This document shows, piece by piece, positions 24,518 to 37,300 of a DNA stretch of 64,000 nucleotides. Made by a program: the position numbers and the translations under genes. Every line of letters begins with the position of its first letter. Positions within the stretch are counted from its first letter, which is position 1. Source of the stretch: Basidiobolus meristosporus CBS 931.73 (Eukaryota > Fungi > Basidiobolomycota); NCBI GenBank assembly GCA_002104905.1, contig MCFE01000456.1:8096-72095 (forward strand), written 5' to 3'. Under the pieces are notes generated by a model that worked only from the letters and a program-made list of their open reading frames with translations, was not told where the DNA came from and ran no database searches.

Positions 24518-25564
24518 AAGGCTTGCAGGTGAGTGGGTAAGCCCTCTAATAAATTCGCAAGCCCAACAGATAAAGCTAAATGAAATGCATTCAATTATAA
24601 AGTGCCATGGTGGCAGGTTCAAATCGAATAACCTCTGCACAATTAGGTGAATACATTATCGAGCACTCTAGGATTTGCTTTCATTGGGTTACAGCCAAAC
24701 GTATGCAGTCATGATGGTGAACAGCCAGCTCAGTTGACCAGGAAACAGCAAGAATCGCGTAGCCTATGCCCTTAAGTTAGTGGCTATCTAACCTCACCTT
24801 GCGGACACAACAACCCTTGCCCTCAAATCTCCATTGCTTCTTGAACCCAATGCTACTGAGAAATAAGTAAATAAAAGAGACCTGCTTTGTTGCTTACACA
24901 ACGTTCAACCCGTGATTCCACAGCGTGGTGTCTGGGTGGTATCCAGGGCACTAGCTCCGTATCCCAACTGGCTGCTGCACATTGGTCGCGGATGTACTAT
25001 AGATGTATACATTCACCCCAGCAGGCCCAATCACTCCACATCGATATATTACATCGATAAGCCAATTCGGATCGATTACAAGGCAGGCATTCCATCCACT
25101 CCTAGATTCAAGTATTTTCCTAAACCAGTCACTCTATACGGCATTGATCCGATGGGAGAGCAACTCGGTGCTGAGTATGGAGCGCCGGTCCATGGGAAGA
25201 TCGTACAATAAGTGACTTTCAGTTTATTCAAAGTGCAGCAAGTGAGCTAGGTGAGCATAACATCGGTCCGTTCTGAAGGAATAATGAATCCCGAGAAGCC
25301 TACATTTTTGAATGGCTCTGCCAGATAACGAATGTACAAAAAGTTGTCAAGAAAACTCAACTGATCTCCTCTCGTTGGAGAGCAGGGAACGTAACGATAT
25401 CATAGGTGATGAGCGTGTGCTGAAGGATGGGTCGGTTCGTTCAAAGAACTCCTCGCAGCCTTCTCGACGCTGGATCATCAAGCTGCCCAGAATTCATACA
25501 AGAAGAATAAATACATTTTGACTTGAAAGTGACCATTAACCCTTCAGAAGAATATGCCGCTCTA

Positions 25565-26032
25565 CTAAACCCCAGATGAGCCGGAAGGGGTCCTGTTGGG
25601 GCTGCAGGATATCTGGCTAGATGGGGTGGAGAGAGGAGAGTTTTCGGGGTTTCTTTTGATCTCACTATCTCTGGAGGGATACGTAAAGGGAGCTGAGGCA
25701 CGAACCCTCATGGAACGCACGATGCGAGGCCGATGGCAACGATTGCAGCCCATGTCGGGGGTTTTGGTTGTCCATAGACGTGTGGAGCTGCTGCTGAGTA
25801 GCAGCTCAGATGCAAGCTTTCTTCTCATTGCTTCGCTCCAGTTGGCAGTAGTAAGTTGGAATAGAGTACGACAACGGTTTTCTGGCCAGCCAGCAGCAAT
25901 CCATTGCATCACATTTGCTAGCTGGCGAAGCTCATACTCATTGACCATGGAGCGGAGCCTTAGGGCAATGCAGTGGACATTCCGATCGTTGCGAATCCAC
26001 TCGTGAAAATTGGTGTTGAATAGCGAATCCAT
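25565..26032 (-). CDS. Hypothetical protein, 155 aa (helical-looking N-terminus, Ser/Pro-rich C-terminus)
   Basis: ATG in GCCATGG context, protein-like composition (FHEWIRNDRNVHCIALRLRSMVNEYELRQLANVMQWIAAGW), ends in tandem TAG TAG. No family recognised. Confidence 0.5.
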   Translation of the reverse strand: MDSLFNTNFHEWIRNDRNVHCIALRLRSMVNEYELRQLANVMQWIAAGWPENRCRTLFQLTTANWSEAMRRKLASELLLSSSSTRLWTTKTPDMGCNRCHRPRIVRSMRVRASAPFTYPSRDSEIKRNPENSPLSTPSSQISCSPNRTPSGSSGV

Positions 26033-27037
26033 GGCACGGATATTCGCTTCAATATTCCCTTGGCATCTTGCAGCTATACAAAAGTTCGTTTAACAAAAGA
26101 TATGCTGGAACATCGAGACAAAGGTCGTACCTATTAGGCTAGTGAACGAGGAGGACTGCTTTTGTGACAATTCATGCTTCCTTGTGGGGTTGTTGTTTGT
26201 GAGGATGGTATTGTCGCTACTAGGTAACGGTATCGTGGTGTCTGTGGAGTACATAGTCCAAAGGAAAGAAATGAGAAGAAATTGAAATGATGAGCTCCCA
26301 TCCACCGGCGACTGCTTCTTATTATATAACCACCGTTGCCCAGGGAGGATTCGGAATCATTCAAACAATGCCGGAATATTTGATCTGGTAGTAAATGTCC
26401 AAATTAAAATGGAGGAGGAACCCATTACTGTAGCAACGAGCTGTTAAAGCAATCTGACCATTAAAAAAATCAAACCTTGGAGTTTCCTGATTCGTAGCAA
26501 AGTGACCCTTTGTTCTGGAATGATTAGTAGGCTTTTCTCATTTAACGCTGGTTATTGCCGGTTGGAGATACCCTGACAAGTTTCAATGGATCTTGATTCT
26601 AAATTATGTTATAGGAGCGTATCAGCTCCAAAATCATCCCAAACGCCCGCTACAATACAAAATACAACTGATCCCTGGTCAGAGAAATATTCTGCGAAAA
26701 TGAAACACCAAAAGAATCCGCCATTCAGAGGACTCTTAAAATACAGTGAATCATACTCATTTATACATTATACCCAATCCTCACGCATTTTCCCAGCCAA
26801 ACTCAATAGTAATGTAACACATAAGAGCAATGTCATTCAAACGCTATTTCATCAATGCTATATTTGTATGAATGGTGAATGGTCAACGGTGAATGGTGAG
26901 GAGGACAATTGGCCGATTTGCTACGCCGAGTCCCTCAGCACAATACAACCCACCCACGCGGGTCTCCTAGGCCTCTCATCCTGCAGCACCACTATCAACG
27001 CGGAGGACGACGACCGTGCAACGGTGCTCTGCCCCAA

Positions 27038-27400
27038 TTAGTAGAGGTGCTCAGACGCAGCAGCACTGATGAAGCAGTCCGGCTTGAGATATGTATAGCC
27101 TCCTTGCAAATATAGGGCTCGCTTCAAGATCGTATCTCCGAGCTTACTGCCCGGCTCCATCTCCCTTGGCTCGACATCCTTACCGTCCAATTCAATTAGC
27201 TGTACTCAATCAAATTTAAGTTGCAGCAAGTTTTGGCCTTTTTTGAACAGGGATTGAGGTTGTTCCCACTATATGTGTGGCTCGCCAGAGATAATTGGGT
27301 GTACAGATAATCAGTGCTCCATTGTCTCCGTATACTGATCCTGGCTCACTATACGACATCGACCATGTTTCTCTGGATAATCCACTTGATATCATTCGGC
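27038..27400 (-). CDS. Probable 3' exons of an unidentified gene
   Basis: Two open segments join in frame across a GT...TACAG intron (about 27200-27269): ...SEPGSVYGDNGALIICTPNYLWRATHI|LIELDGKDVEPREMEPGSKLGDTILKRALYLQGGYTYLKPDCFISAAASEHLY*. The 5' end could not be resolved. Confidence 0.35.
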
Positions 27401-30400
27401 TCTCACGTAGGCAGGTGTCCCCAAAGGTAAGTTACGGAGTTTGTTTTGATACATAGATGGTTAAATTGCCTCTATCGAGTATATCCTTGGCTCTTCACAT
27501 CGAGGAGTTACTATGCTTCAATGTAATTCACTGATCGTGTTCGGCCCCAGTGGTCCAACATGTGTAGCTAAAGATGAGTCGCAAAGCTAATGTGCTCTTC
27601 CTAGATGGCCAATGTTGGACCTTTTGCGTGAGAAAAGGGGGAAGCCCCCAGCATCATGGTACGAATAGGCTCAATCCGCCGAATGAGATCAAATATAGGA
27701 GCCAAGGGCAGCTGTGACGATGCTTTCACCTCTTGACTAGGCTGCACAAGTATTAGCTGGGCCTTAGCATCAGCTACTACATCACTTTGGGTGGAAGGAG
27801 ATCACCTACCATGCCTGGATGAGGATTTAAGGTAGTATGCACCATGAGCTTACATGACGTACATATCTGGAACGCAACAGTGTGGTCTGTCTTTGGTCTA
27901 GGAAGGGATGCCGTATTAGGAATACAGTTTTGATTGTCAAGGGTCGAGTGTCAGGCAAAGCAGGGCGAATGCCTATGCAATCAATGGGGTGCATCTACTT
28001 GCTATGACTCGACCCTCCAGTCACTTAGGGTTTGGCTAGGGCGGCCTCCTATCTGCGATGTAAGTGCCAACGGCCACATCGAGGGAGTAAGCTCATGTCC
28101 ACATACGTACTATATGGTGCTACATTATAGAAAAATGCATCTAAGCAACTCTGTATTAGCAGGTGTTCAGGAATCTCAGTTTTCGAAGTGGCTTCTGTTG
28201 AATCGGAAACAAAAGAATCTCCAAAACACAAACATCTGAGATATATGTAGTTACCCCATAGTCCTGAAACCGTTAGATGGCTATGCCAAGGAGTGTAGGC
28301 AACAATTCATCGACTCCAATATGTCAGGTATCAAGCCTGGAACCGGGCGTATGCTAACCGTACGAATTTTGCAACAACACAGACCGGATGCCTCCAGTAA
28401 GACAACCCAATACACTCTACAAATGGGTACCACTGTAGGCTTGGGACCCACGGACGGGAGGGGAAGCTGGTGTACCGAAATGCTGTAGTGCTTTCAATGC
28501 AGCCAGCCTGGATTTGTAGGAATCTCCAATATCCCAGAATTGACTAATACTGGATAGAGATCCTGAAAAGAAGGCCGATCTGGTTTCCTAGGATTCTGAA
28601 TCCAGCTGTTCCAATTTCCACCCAGAGCGAACACTGTTACACCTGGGTTTTGCACCAGGCTAGCCACTTGATGATGTTTAAACCATGGAGTTGTGTGTGG
28701 GCCTTCTGCTCATGAGGTGACTTCTCTTAAAGCTCAGTGCCCACCCGTTCATCTCATCAATCAGTTGGCCGATGCTTCGCACTCCGTCCGTAATTACGGC
28801 GAATTGGGTAGTGCTTCCGTATTAGATAAATGAGCTGTGGTAGTATTAAGATTCATGGATATATAGCATTTATTGATATGCATGTCATATTGCCCTGAAG
28901 GCTTTCCTGGTAAGAAGGTTATTTTCAAGTTCCGCTTTTGGCAAAACCTCCCCATTCGTATTTCAGCCATTGGCAGCAAGCCCGGATTTTCCTACGTCTG
29001 ATTGGAACATCCGTGGAAGCAGTTTGGCATGGGCTTCCTTCCAATCTTACTTCGGGGCATGGAGGGTGCAGGGAAGTCTGCACATATCTGACCTAGAACT
29101 AGGTTTGACCTAGCAAGTATACAACTGGCTTTCTCTATGTCCCACTCAAGTATTACCTATGGCAATGAACCCAAAACGATATTCCAGTCCCAGTAACGAG
29201 CAAACTTATTGTGTAGCGCTGTATCTGATATGCCGATGATAGTGAATTAATCCATATGTATCCTTGGCATTTGATAAGGCAATAGGAGAAGCTCTTGGCC
29301 AAGCCTATCATATGCTGTCTGATACGGCAAACTGGTCAAACCACCACTTTTAATACATCGGATATTTAAAATGATTTAAGTATAAGGCTGATGCATATTG
29401 TGCCCAAAACCATTTAATGGTAAAGCTACTCCAATATGCTCCTAGAATGCAACAACAGACCTAAGCAGTAGTGCAGTGATCCCCAATGGGAAGGGATATA
29501 AGGTGGCTCGAATGCCATATCGGCTAATTGGGAAGGGATTAGGAGGCAATTTCGTAATACAACATGTTCAATCTACTCACCGCTCCCAAAAAGGTTGGTA
29601 ATGCTGCAATGTCTATAAAGTATCGTAGGATTCGCTCCACCCTTTAATGTACGCAACTCTCCTATTGGCAAGCCGTAGTGGTCTGTTGCTTCAGAAATCG
29701 GTTGCCATGTATGGAATCAGGTGGTTTTCAATATTGCCTAAAAACGGACCTCGCTTGGAGCAGTGGTGGTAATTCTCCGTCACACTCAATAAATATTACC
29801 ACAGCATACATCTTGTACCTCTGGCCAACGCCAAGAGCTTTGTTGGGGAGTGTCAACTGCCAGAGCTATTTTAATGTTGCGAAGCCAGTACGACAAACAA
29901 GGATTCTGGAGGCATGTCTGGGATGTTACTAAATCGGTGGGATTACATAACCCTCAGAAGAATCCCTGCTCTTACTTCCGATTGCTTGAGAAATTAGCAT
30001 TAAGGTCCCAGATCCAACCCATAGCGCTTGCTCCCCTTCCACCCCGCTCAGGAAAGTCAATGAGGTCAGGTCCATGAATGTATGGGTACCAAATGCCACT
30101 AGCAGAGCGGTATACATGTGTGCACTATGCAAACATTTCGATTGTAGTCTACACAGCGATGAAGGCCCTGCGAGTTTCCTCAAAATGCGGTCTATCACAT
30201 ATCATAAGCCTCGCCTTGCAACCACTTGGACCTCCAGGATTGCCCGAATACATTTGCAGCCCTGGTGTTGGGGTGCTACTGATGGCCTACTGTACATGGC
30301 ACGAGAATCACAAGGCTGATTAGGTAGGATTGGGACGAAGCAATGCACCTTTCATCGAACCATAATCTTGCTAGCGCTCTGAAGTATTCAATTTTTCAAT

Positions 30401-30558
30401 GGACCAACCACTCTAAAAATGCTGATCTCAAAGCCAGCGATCCAAGATCAACGGCTCCCTTACCACATGAATCACTCGAAATATCAAATTTTGATGGGCG
30501 ATTTCGATGCATAAAGCACACCCAGTGGTGCTACGGCCTGGTAGATACGGCAGTAAAC

Positions 30559-31821
30559 ATGTCCACAGTATCCTTACTTTCGATCGTTGAGAGCTGCGAC
30601 AAAGTACCCTACAATGAAACTGAGTATTTTTCTCAGCAGAAAATTGCTCGCTTTTTGGTCAATGAGGTGACGATCGGCTATGTGGATGAGGTCGCTTTGT
30701 TAGAGATGGAAAAGTATATCGCTACAGTTTGTGAAAGATCTTTCCGGGTTAGCAAGCAATTCGTAACTTTCCACCCTGAAGTAAAGACGTTCGAAGCGCG
30801 TTCGGAGGTGATTATGGATCTGCTGAAGTATTGGAAGGAAAAGGGGGTTTTCTCCTGTTTGACTGGTATTGCTCAGTCCCCTCGTTTTTCAGGTAATTAT
30901 TCTTAAATGGCCCTGTTATTTTATCGACAGGTTGGAGGAATGAATTCTATCCAGTGTACGGCGATTCCAAGCAGCCGGGTAACATTGCTTTCCGTGTTGA
31001 GCGTGCGGGGGCCTCAATTTTTGGCTTCCGTACCTTCGGCGCTCATCTTAATGGCTATGTACGTACCGAGACTGGTTTGAAAATGTGGATAGGCCGCAGA
31101 AGCTTGAAAAAACCTACCTGGCCGGGTCTCTTGGATAACATAGTAAGTTCGGGGGGGGGATTCGGCTCGGCCATTCGACTCTACTAAACTTCATATGATA
31201 TCAGGTAGCTGGCGGAGTTAGCTACGGTCAAAGCCCGGACGAAACTATTGTTAGAGAGTGTGATGAGGAGGCAAATATACCCTCGGACATCACCGTCAAC
31301 GTAATCACGTCTATGTTGCATTCCTAGTGGTGTCTTCAGTCACTAAGCACTGTTTGTTATGCATCCATTTAGATAAAAGCCGCAGGCGCTATTACCTACT
31401 TCGATCTAACCGAACGTGGATTGGCACCCGAAACGCAGTAAGTATAGCGTGCTGTTTTCCTTGTTTGTTCACGAAAAGTAATCTCAACTGTCTGAAGATA
31501 CGTTTACGACCTGGAGTTGCCCCAGGATTTCGTCCCGAAACCTAACGATGGTGAGGTGGACTGCTTCTACCTATGGGATTTGGCAGAGGTAACCCGCTAC
31601 GATGTCCACTATCATTCCCACTCCACAAGTAATCATACTTATGTGCGCGGTAGGTGCGTCAACACATCGGGGCGGGTGAGTTCAAGCCCAATTGTGCTTT
31701 GGTGATCATTGACTTTATGATCCGGCATGGACATATAACCAGTTCCGACGAGCCGGATTTCCTGGAAATCCTCGACCGAATCCATCGTCGTTTCGAGCTC
31801 CCTGGCCCCAAGGGATGCTAA
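30559..31821 (+). CDS. Nudix hydrolase with DUF4743-type N-terminus (YJR142W/NUDX20-like); multi-exon
   Basis: Spliced GWRNEFYPVY, ERAGASIFGFRTFGAHLNGYV, MWIGRRSLKKPTWPGLLDNI|VAGG, Nudix box GGVSYGQSPDETIVRECDEEANI, PKPNDGEVDCF, FKPNCALVIIDFMIRHG; TAA at 31819-31821. Confidence 0.93.
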
Positions 31822-33342
31822 ATGGATCCGTTTGTTTCGGAAATCCGCGCGATTCCTGAGTAACCATTGAGTAGAACAGGATCCAGGTGCCCCGTCTCAT
31901 GTATTACTTTTGCCTGTTCGTAGCATCTAGAGAAATCCCCCCACCAATGATTTCAGACATTGTATGACCGGTCACGGTTTAATATGACCACAGTCCGTTT
32001 TTATAAATCTGTTGAGGCGGATATCCAAGGGCATGAGCGCTATTGTGTTGTACAGCATCCTGAATATGCTCGAACACGGCGAGGTTTCTCAGGATTGCCG
32101 GGCTTGTGTGCAGATTTATGGGCAATGCCCTTTGTATGCTATTTATAACTCGGCACAGCTGAATTCATTATTCACGGTCAATACATTATTGGAAGTAGCC
32201 TTAAGCTTGGGTTCTAGATTGGATAGAATACAGTGCTATATCAGGTCCAGTTCCTCACCAATGTTACTTTGGAGCACATTCCGATTTCCCCCTAATGATC
32301 GTCTTTACGAGCAAATGACGGATGATTTTGGAAAATGCCGCTTAGCGTATCTTGGCTCAGCATATACTACGCCGATTTGAATTGGCTCTCTCGACTCGGA
32401 AAATACTTTGTAGTACATCAGATTCATGACGTTCGTAGATGGCAATATTTCGGGGCAGTTCAGATGAACAGGTATTTCACGAGCCCTAGCATTGCTGCAT
32501 CAGGCAATGATTAGTCCTGGAGACTCCAGCATATGCACATTCATTACGTTTCATTTCCATGGAATGGAATACGAGCTGTAGACCATTAAACGAAAGATGG
32601 ACTTCGCGGAATGAGATCCTGATTTGAACCGGTATCCCCGTTCACTGAGAACATCGGAGAATTTCCAGTACCCACTAACCTCTACGTAAGATTTCATGCG
32701 GCCGAGTTTGGGAGGAAAAGAAGGTTAGAAATTCGAAGGCGTCGGCTCGATTGTTCTTTTGCCTGGTGTGAACGAAACAGGTTACTCAAGGATGTTGGTC
32801 ACGTTGGGGGTTTGAGTTGACGTTCCTATGGTTGCTTCAGTAAATAACCCTTTTGCTCTAAGCGTGGTCACTATCGCCGCAACAGAGCTCAATGGTGACC
32901 GACTTGGAAATGTACATGCTTGTCAGAATGCGAACGTGATCAGGATCGCACTTGTTCACCGGTCGCAGATAGTCAGGCAGGATTGATGGATTGAGCCATG
33001 AGCCATGTATAGGAAGCGTTGTAAGAAGCGTATGATGTAATTTCGACAATTACATTAGCTTCAATCCTTCACTATCTCCACAGGTCTGATCAATTTCAAG
33101 ATGTGAGGCCCAAATTAATTCAGTAAAATTGGGAATACGTATGTTTATGGCAAAGATTGGTTCCACGCTGATTAAATTTTTCACACTCGTTTAGTTAAAA
33201 TAGCTGCTGATATCTTGCTGATACCGTCTTTGGGGAGAGAAACGTACGTATACTACACTTATTTAATGGTCAGCTGGTGCTTGATACCTCCATCAATTGA
33301 GGAGAATTGTCCAAAAGAGTACTACTCTGCCATATGGCTAAC

Positions 33343-33359
33343 TATATATATATATATAT
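33343..33359. repeat. (TA)8 microsatellite
   Basis: Direct reading; lies just before the start of the transposon block. Confidence 0.9.
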
Positions 33360-33650
33360 TGCAATCTCTCCTTGGTTGATATAATAAGTCCCCTTCTGGA
33401 CACTCGCTGCAACTTTAATTGTCACTGATATCTCTCCAAGTCTCAGTGCTACCAGATTTCCAGCTTGAACCCAAAGCCACCGGTCCTATATGTGATTGTT
33501 GACTGAATACTTGCCCTAAGAACGAAAGTTAAAAAAAGGCCAGCAGAATTCCAAGTTTCTCTAAACTTACAATCCTCCATATTGCAGGAACTAGCCACTT
33601 GGCAGGCAAGCAGACATATTTTCCTGGTGAAGTCTGGCCCAGCAAGCATT

Positions 33651-34139
33651 TGTTGTGAAAATTTGTAATTGCACCTAAATATTCACCTGACTTGGCCACT
33701 TAGATTATTACCTACAAATTTTAGAGAATTCTAGCCAAATTCCTTGTTGTGTTTACTTTGAATATTTTCACCAAAACATCAGGTACCCAGAAAATGAGAT
33801 TTCTCAAAGATTTCCAAGTACCCCCAAACCTTGCACACATGCTCTTGAGACCTTCCTGAACATATTCTATGCATTTGCTTTGCCAAGACCATGTAAAATA
33901 TAGCACCATCTTTACATTTTAAATATCATTAAGTGAAAACCACATAATCTACTTGTTTTACTAATCGCTTCCAATATCTCCAAAATTTGTGCAACAGGCT
34001 ATGAGCCCTAAACTGGCTTGCTCTGGAATGTCTACTATTGCTATCACTGAAATTTTACCTGTGCTGAACTGCTTGAGGATCCAACTACCAAGTCTGGAAA
34101 GAAAAGATGAACATGCTGCCAAAGGAAAGAGTCCTTTAG
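33651..34139 (+). mobile_element. Old Ty1/Copia 5' LTR (family A) + PBS + start of gag, truncated
   Basis: TGTTG...GCAACA LTR at 33651-33996, homologous to the LTRs at 41497 and 43799. Followed by GGCTATGAGCCC (PBS variant) and a degenerate gag start (MSTIAITEILP...NYQVWKEKM). Confidence 0.85.
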
Positions 34140-34345
34140 TGTTGCCAGAGCCTTTGAGATTTTGTAAATGATTTGGAGAACAAGTAGATTATATGGTTTT
34201 GACTTGATTTATTGAATGTAAAAGTAGTATTTATACTGTTACATGTTCTTGGCATAGCAATCTTGTAGAATAGGCTTAGGAAGGCCTCAATAACACATAT
34301 GCAAACTTTGGGACTGTTTGGACAGCATTGAGAGTATCATGCCTT

Positions 34346-37300
34346 TGTTGTAAGAGTCTTGGAGATATTGGAAGTGATTTGGAGAACAAGTAGATTATGT
34401 GGTTTTCACTTAATGATTTATTGAATGTAAAAGTAATAATTATACTTTTACCTGGTCTTGGCATTACAAACACATAGAATAGGTTAAGGAAGGTCCCAAG
34501 AGCATGTGTGCAAAGTTTGGGGCTGTTTGGACAACTTTGAGAATTTTCATGTTCTGGGTACCTGGCATTTTGGTGAAAATATTTTAAGTAAATCCCAACA
34601 AGGAATTTGGTCAGTATTCTCTAGGATTTGAAGGTGATGATCTAAGTGACTAAGTTAGGTGAATATTTAGGTGGAAATACAAATTTTTACAACACTCCCA
34701 CTCAGCTAAATGTTCATACTGACTAGTCCTAATTTTGACCTAAGATATTCAAACTTGTCTCTAGCTAAAGGTTTGGTAAATATGTCTGCAATCATTTCAT
34801 CTGTAGGACAGTAAACTAAGCTAACTAAGTTATTCTCTATAGCTTCACGTATGAAATGATATCTAATATCTATGTGCTTGGTTCTAGCATGAAAAGTTGG
34901 ATTTCTACCTAATTGTATACATCCTTGATTATCTTGAAATAAAGTAATAGGCGTTTTTTGACATAGGCCTAAATCTGTAAACAGCTTTCTTAACCACATT
35001 GCTTCTTTTGTAGCTTCACAGGCTGCCATATACTCTGCCTCTGTGGTGGAAAGTGCTACGGTTGGTTGCTTTCTTGAATTCCATGAAATTGCTCCTTTAC
35101 AGTAAAGAAAGGTGTATCCTGTGGTGGATCTTCTGTCTTCCAAATTTTGTCCCCAATCAGCATCAGAGTAACCCACAAGATCCTGTTCTGAATCCTTATA
35201 AGTGTATCTTAAGCAGATATCAGCAGTTCCTTTTAGGTATCTAAAAATCCGCTTAACTGCTGCAATATGATCAGATCCAAAATTCTGATCATGTTGGCTG
35301 ACAACTCCCACTGAATATGAGATATCTGGACGTGTTCCAAGCATGATATACATCAGACTGCTGACCATAGATTGATAAGGAAAGTCAGGGCTTTCAGATG
35401 GCACCAAGCTCTCTTGATTTGGTTGAGTTTTGACCAAGTTAAGGTTTGTCTCCATTGGGGTGGCTGCTGGTTTACAGTCTTCCATTTTGTACTTCTTTAG
35501 TATATCTTGAATATACTTGGATTGGCTTAGGGTAATAATCTGGGTACTTCTGTCTATGGAGAACTTAATCCCTAAGTGGTAACTAAGTTCTCCTAGATCG
35601 GACACCTTGAATTCCTTAGATAGGCTGGATTTAGTCTCTTCCAATGTTTCTAGGTTATTGGCGGCTATAATAAGATCATCCACATATAGAGCTAATAGAA
35701 CTGGATTTGCTCTATCTGGCTTATAGTATATACTATAGTCAGCATAACTTCTTTTGAAACTCAAAGATTCCAAATAAGAATCTATCTTGCAATTCCAGGC
35801 TGTTGGTGATTGTTTGAGACCATATAGTGACTTTTTAAACTTGCAGACCAAATGGGGGTTATCTTGGTCAACATACCCATCAGGCTGGTCCATATACACA
35901 TCCTCATTAAGTTCTCCATTCAAAAATGCAGTTTTTACATCCATTTGATGAATAAAAAACTTATATTTGGCACAATAGCCAATATTAATTTGATGGAGTT
36001 AAACTTGGCTACCAGTGCAAAGGTCTCAGTATAGTCAAGTCCTTTTGTTTGAGAGTATCCTTTGGCTACAAGTCTTGCTTTGTGTCTTTCAATTGTACCA
36101 TCAGCCTTGTATTTTATCTTGAAGACCCATCTGCATCCAATTGATTTTTGGTGGATTGGTAATTTGACTAAGTCCCAAGTTTGATTTTCCATCAGTGCCT
36201 GATATTCCTCAGTCATTGCAGATCTCCAAAACTTTGTCTGAGGGCTATTTAGGGCCTCTTTTACAGTCTGGGATTCATCAATATGGACTGAATAGGCATA
36301 GGCTAAGTTTGTACCCTCATTAATATAGTAATTTGGGCTATTTCTTGTCTGATTTGATCTCCGGGCATTTGATACTGGAATGATCACTTCTGGGATATTC
36401 CTGGGCACTGATTCTGGCTGAACCACAGCTGTAGAGTCCTCTGGAGTGAAGAAATTTTCATTGTTTTGCTCTGATTCAATCCTGACAATTGGTGGACTTG
36501 AGATCAAATTTTTGTCATCATCTGATGTCATTTTTTGTGAAAATTTAGAATTTTCATCAAACAACACATCCCTGGACTTGATCAGCTTCTTTGCTTTGGT
36601 ATTGTAGAGTCTGTATGCCTTACTCTCATTGCAGTAGCCCAAAAATATGCATTTTACACTTTTTGGCTCAAATTTTGACTGATTTCCAGCCAGTTTTTTG
36701 GCATATGCTGTACACCCAAATATTCTTAGATGTTCTGCACTTGGTCTATATCCATACCATGCTTCAAATGGAGTAGAATCACAAAGTATTCTGTTATAAC
36801 TCCTATTTTTAAGATATACAGCAGTGGCAACTGATTCCGCCCAAAAATCATAGGATAATTTTTGATCATGGATCATAGATCTTGCCATATCAATTATTGA
36901 TTTGTTAGCTTGTTCTGCTACTCCATTTTGCTGTGGGGAGTATGGTACAGTAGTCTCTTGCTTTATCCCATGAATTTTGCAGAAGTGGATGAAGAGTTTG
37001 GAGGTATATTCTCCACCATTGTCAGAGCATATTTTCTTGATTTTTTCACCAGTTTCTCTCTCCACCATGGCTTTAAACTCCTTGAACTTAGACAGAGCTT
37101 CTTCCTTTCTCTCCATGAAGTAGACCCATGTGTATCTTGTATAATCATCAATAAAAGTGATTAAATACGTGATCCTGCCTAAGGAAAAATTTTGCATAGG
37201 TCCACACAGATCTGAGTGAATTAGATCTAATTTTTTCTTAGTTTTGATTAACCCAGAGCTCTTGAACGGTTATCTGGCTTGTTTCCCATATATGCAGGCT

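Noticed and set aside
24173-24640. 155-aa minus-strand ORF over the H4 variant
   Set aside because: Antisense shadow; the plus strand encodes a recognisable histone fold.
26909-27430. Plus-strand frame (GSLQDRISELTARLHLPWLDILTV...) with TAG stops, tempting as stop-codon readthrough or recoding
   Set aside because: It is the in-register antisense of the minus-strand exons; the TAGs correspond to CTA Leu codons. All confident genes in the window use the standard code.
29850-30323. Two abutting ORFs in one frame separated by a single TGA (possible selenocysteine or readthrough)
   Set aside because: Neither part resembles a known protein, no SECIS-like context was identified, and such adjacency is expected by chance.
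30343-30558. 72-codon upstream in-frame extension of the Nudix ORF
   Set aside because: Homology-like sequence begins at MSTVSLLSIVESCD (30559); the extension has no conserved character.
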